64,000 nucleotides of DNA, taken from contig NIVC01000928.1 in NCBI GenBank assembly GCA_002269645.1, positions 248,001 to 312,000 of the forward strand, given 5' to 3'. This DNA comes from Macrostomum lignano. Its lineage: Eukaryota. The notes beneath the pieces were generated by a model. The model was given only the letters and a program-made list of their open reading frames with translations, had not been told where the DNA came from and did no database searches. The translations under genes and the position numbers were made by a program. Shown here piece after piece: positions 61,501 through 64,000 of this stretch. Within the stretch, counting starts at the first letter, position 1; every line of letters begins with the position of its first letter.

Positions 61501-63079
61501 AAGAGAACTGGAGAGGTTGGGTGGCCGTTAAAAATGAACAGCGGGCTTTGCTTGAAGGCTTCTCTCAGATGCTTGTTGCACAGGATGGAGACTAATTAAT
61601 TAATTATCAATGTGGCTGAGCTAGCAAGAAACAGAAACTTGGCGTTTTCGTGTTTGTAGAGAGAGAAATTTCTGTGCTAACTAGGCTATGGGTTTGACAG
61701 TATGCCATACTGTTTACCCCAACTGTCTACTCTACTATCTACCCTGCATATTCCACTAAACTATCCCATATACCCCAATATCTACCGGTTGTCCTTTCTA
61801 CACGGTCAGCTATTGTCTACCATTCGGGCTACTACCTACTCAAATCCACTCTACTATCTACCTTATCTACTATTTCCTCTTTCCATTCTACTATCTACTT
61901 CATTTACCCTATCTACTCTATCTACTCTACTATCTACTTTATCTACTCTACTATATACCTTATCTACTATACTATCTACCTTATCTAGTCTACTATCTAC
62001 TCTATCTACTCTACTATCTACTCTATCTACTCTACTATATACCTTATCTACTATACTATCTACCTTATCTAGTCTACTATCTACTCTATCTACTCTACTA
62101 TCTACTCCATCTACTCTACTATCTACTCCATCTACTCTACTATATACCTCATCTACTATACTATCTACCTTATCTAGTCTACTATCTACTCTATCTACTC
62201 TACTATCTACTCTATCTACTCTACTATATACCTTATCTACTATACTATCTACCTTATCTAGTCTACTATCTACTCTATCTACTCTACTATCTACTCTATC
62301 TACTCTACTATATACCTTATCTACTATACTATCTACCTTATCTAGTCTACTATCTACTCTATCTACTCTACTATCTACTCCATCTACTCTACTATCTACT
62401 CCATCTACTCTACTATATACCTCATCTACTATACTATCTACCTTATCTAGTCTACTATCTACTCTATCTACTCTACTATCTACTCTATCTACTCTACTAT
62501 ATACCTTATCTACTATACTATCTACCTTATCTAGTCTACTATCTACTATATATACTCTACTATCTACCTTTTCCTTTCAACTATCTACTCAACTTGGCTT
62601 ATCTACTCCATTATCTACCCTTTGTACTCTACTATCGACTCTATTTACTTTACTTTCTATCCTATCTACTCTACTGTCTACTCTAATATCTACCCTATCT
62701 ACTCTACTATCTACCCTGCCTACTCAACCCGCCTCACCTTAGTCCACTGCACAATCCGCAGCAGCGCCTCCGACCTGAGCGGCAGGCCGCCTCGCTGCCG
62801 CATTTTCTCGGCCAGCCCGGCCAGCCGGTCCAACGCCCAGTCCGTCCGGTCTGCGTCGTCGTCGGCGACGGCATCCGCCACGCCGTTGGCGCTCGCGCCG
62901 ACCTCCTGCCAGGCGGCGTCGAGTCGCTGCTGCAAAGATTCGACGTCCTCGCGCAGCCGATGGACCCCGGCGTGGACGGCCTCGCGGTCGCGGCCGACGC
63001 CCTCGCTGCCGATGAGCTGGGCGACTCGCATCAGCTGCTCGACGCTGGCCCGGTCCTCGCCGAGGTGCTGGCGCTGGAG
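22354..63079 (-). CDS. SYNE1: Giant nesprin-like spectrin-repeat KASH protein, 5'-partial; exons 62738-63079, 60455-61003, 56912-57364, 55829-55974, 49099-55668, 47381-48505, 45168-46028, (44158-~44466 optional), 42234-42509, 39954-40277, 38947-39318, 37752-37985, 36588-37307, 35221-35733, 34323-34736, 33591-33863, 32571-32912, 31583-32029, 30531-30881, 29449-29666, 29233-29329, 27433-27762, 26386-27042, 25702-26172, 23736-24671, 23182-23306, 22354-22561
   Basis: GT-AG-bounded GC-rich exons in compatible phases encode helical repeats with spectrin-type W/L patterns (e.g. WQSYQALLEGLMNWLADTEDRL, RYDRLMEWLTGMEAKV, LQRLDDRWQSLQ). The last exon encodes TM plus a KASH-like tail. Apparent 1-nt indels near 55566 and in 48050-48410. 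Confidence 0.9.
22660..22975. repeat. 53-bp minisatellite in last nesprin intron
   Basis: Period 53 (22745 vs 22798). Confidence 0.9.
23736..24671 (-). CDS. Nesprin exon, spectrin-like repeats
   Basis: cccag acceptor, gtgagt donor, 312 codons, AERMSEWLAATLRELQ helical repeat. Confidence 0.88.
25345..26380. repeat. AAAGTAC-core degenerate repeats on both sides of exon 25702-26172 (25345-25620, 26200-26380)
   Basis: Direct reading. Confidence 0.8.
25702..27762 (-). CDS. Three nesprin exons (27433-27762, 26386-27042, 25702-26172)
   Basis: All phase 0-0; spectrin/dystrophin-like LEQRWRRICQRAMERRLEIEDTWRCWQK. Confidence 0.88.
27075..27370. repeat. 23-bp minisatellite (GTAGATTACTCAAACAACTGCAG)
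   Basis: Direct reading. Confidence 0.95.
28058..29080. repeat. 45-bp minisatellite, ~23 copies
   Basis: GAGCAGATTTTCAGGTAGATTTGGGGTAGATTCATAGTAGTTTTG unit. Confidence 0.96.
29233..40277 (-). CDS. Twelve nesprin spectrin-repeat exons between 29233 and 40277
   Basis: Each exon is bounded by consensus splice sites, and frames join without stops. Confidence 0.88.
30925..31560. repeat. ~25-bp AT-rich minisatellite (TACTATCGATACATATCGGGA...)
   Basis: Direct reading. Confidence 0.92.
32110..32520. repeat. 20-bp minisatellite (GCGGTAGAGGGCGGATATAA)
   Basis: Direct reading. Confidence 0.92.
32990..33580. repeat. ~21-bp polypyrimidine minisatellite (CCCTCTCCTTCCCCCTCCATA/G)
   Basis: Direct reading. 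Confidence 0.92.
34860..35100. repeat. ~20-bp TAGGTCACT-core repeat
   Basis: Direct reading. Confidence 0.85.
35805..36510. repeat. 43-bp minisatellite (AAGCTAGGTCACTCCCATACAGTCAATTGTCACTATATGCACA)
   Basis: Period 43 (35934 vs 35977). Confidence 0.94.
37340..37730. repeat. ~27-bp minisatellite (TTTCAGATCCCCATTCTCCCGTTTA)
   Basis: Direct reading. Confidence 0.9.
38005..38910. repeat. 27/35-bp minisatellite (ATTAGAATCCTTCAAA[CCAAA]ATCGCCCCTG)
   Basis: Direct reading. Confidence 0.94.
39430..39820. repeat. GGTAGTTGA/GGTAGCTGA ~11-bp-subunit repeat
   Basis: Direct reading. Confidence 0.9.
40405..41850. repeat. 39-41-bp minisatellite (GAGGACACAAGTGTTAAAAATACCATAGACTTAGGTCATCT)
   Basis: Direct reading. 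Confidence 0.95.
42884..43244 (+). mobile_element. tRNA-derived SINE, copy 2, with 14-bp target-site duplication
   Basis: Head GGGGCCGTAGCTCAGCGGTAG (A box) ... GGCTCGATTCC (B box); tail AATAAAAAAAA; AAGCCTCGATTATA at 42869-42882 and 43245-43258. Confidence 0.92.
44158..44466 (-). CDS. Acidic coiled-coil exon; probable alternative first coding exon or cassette of the nesprin gene
   Basis: ATG GAA CAC.. to GGG|gtaagc (phase 0), open for 103 codons. The nearest acceptor (cccag at ~44470) is phase 1 and sits 5 nt before the ATG. Confidence 0.55.
46150..46710. repeat. 25-27-bp minisatellite (GAGAGGGTCCCCGACTGGATGTACA)
   Basis: Direct reading. Confidence 0.92.
47381..48505 (-). CDS. Nesprin exon encoding beta-rich, FHA-like modules (frameshifted in this assembly)
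   Basis: Phase 0-0 exon of 1125 nt. The best-looking protein switches frame near 48407 and 48050-48110. Confidence 0.65.
49099..55668 (-). CDS. Giant 6.57-kb nesprin exon with 33-bp/11-aa coding tandem repeats
   Basis: The 2125-aa ORF 49054-55431 lies inside it. Acceptor catcaag at 55669, donor CAG|gtaact at 49098. The repeats keep frame and are flanked by unique coding sequence. Confidence 0.85.
49600..52632 (-). repeat. Coding 33-bp tandem array (SAEASPTREVP), ~90 units
   Basis: Length/33 estimate; in frame throughout. Confidence 0.95.
53645..54755 (-). repeat. Coding 33-bp tandem array (SAEASPARSVP / SAEAVVIEEGQ / STEASPARSVP), ~33 units
   Basis: Length/33 estimate; in frame throughout. 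Confidence 0.95.
55829..63079 (-). CDS. Four most 5' nesprin exons in window (62738-63079, 60455-61003, 56912-57364, 55829-55974)
   Basis: Consensus splice sites and helical repeats, e.g. LESAKAELESWIGEAKPLARRL. Confidence 0.85.
56085..58790. repeat. 28-bp minisatellite (TGGCCCAGCAACTGGGGATCTGGGAGGC) in two adjacent introns (56085-56365, 57440-58790)
   Basis: Period 28 (57601 vs 57629). Confidence 0.95.
61860..62720. repeat. (ACTATCTACTCT/ATCTACTCT) 9-12-bp satellite with higher-order units
   Basis: Direct reading. Confidence 0.93.
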
Positions 63080-63289
63080 CTGAGTTGGGTGTCGCGCGGA
63101 GAGGCGGGGGATTTAATTATAGCGAAAAATGCCCTACTTGCTACTGACAGGTTTCGTTAGTAGGGAAAGAGAGTTAAAATTTCACTCATCTGCTTTGGAA
63201 TCTTGTTAATCAGCTCAGCTACCAGCCCTCTGGTTCACTTAGGCACACTTGTATAAAATCTATTCAAACACTGAAGAGCCTATTTAGAC

Positions 63290-64000
63290 ATCCCCGAATC
63301 CACTCAGACACTCCATCATCCACACAGATATCTCTCAAAACCTACAAAGACACCTTAAAATCAGCTTAGATACCCCAGATCCAATTCAGACACCCAAAAA
63401 GCCACTAAGACACCCTGAACCCACTCAGACACCCCAGAACCCCTTCAGACAACCCTGAACCCACTCAGACACCCCAAAACCCCTTCAGACAACCCTGAAC
63501 CCACTCAGACACCCAGAACCCCTTCAGACAACCCTGAACCCACTCAGACACCCCAAAACCCTTCAGACAATCCTGAACCCACTCAGACACCCCAGAACCC
63601 ACTCAGACACCCCAAAACCCACTCCGACACCCAGAACCCACTCCGACACCCAGAACCCACTCCGACACCCAGAACCCACTCCGACACCAGAACCCACTCC
63701 GACACCCAGAACCCACTCCGACACCAGAACCCACTCCGACACCCAGAACCCACTCCGACACCCCAAAATACACTCAGACACCCAAGACCACACTCAGACA
63801 CCGCAGAATCCACTCAGACACCCCAGAACCCACTCAGACACCCCAGAACCCAATTAGACACCCCAGAACCCACTTAGACACCCCAGAACCCACTCAAACA
63901 CCCCAAAATACACTCAGACACCCAAGACCACACTCAGACACCCCAGAATCCACTCAGACACCCCAGAATCATTTCGGACACACCCAAAACCACTCAAACA
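63290..64000. repeat. ~20-22-bp minisatellite (CCCACTCAGACACCCCAGAA)
   Basis: Direct reading. Confidence 0.92.

Noticed and set aside
61702-62742. 346-aa Ser/Thr/Leu-rich (mucin-like) ORF
   Set aside because: Translation of an intronic 9-12-bp satellite, antisense to the gene.

Overview
Eukaryotic (animal) genomic DNA. GC-rich exons sit in introns that almost all carry their own minisatellite, and there are several 1-nt indels. This style resembles the flatworm Macrostomum lignano, which is an inference only. Three tandem genes lie on the minus strand, all traced by hand through splice sites. (1) The 3' part (~5,800 aa, 26-27 exons, 63.1 to 22.35 kb) of a giant spectrin-repeat nesprin (SYNE1/Msp300/ANC-1 type). 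It ends in a divergent KASH domain and contains a 6.57-kb single exon with ~120 11-aa S-P-x-R repeats, followed by an exon with three degenerate FHA-like modules. (2) A two-exon secreted single-WSC-domain protein with a cationic amphipathic N-terminus. (3) Seven exons of a calbindin-32/calretinin-type EF-hand gene with a GC-AG intron, continuing off the left edge. Mobile DNA: two copies of a tRNA-derived SINE (one with a 14-bp TSD) and a 1,556-bp non-autonomous foldback-like TIR element with an 8-bp TSD inserted into a satellite. Most long ORFs in the supplied track are artefacts of tandem repeats.
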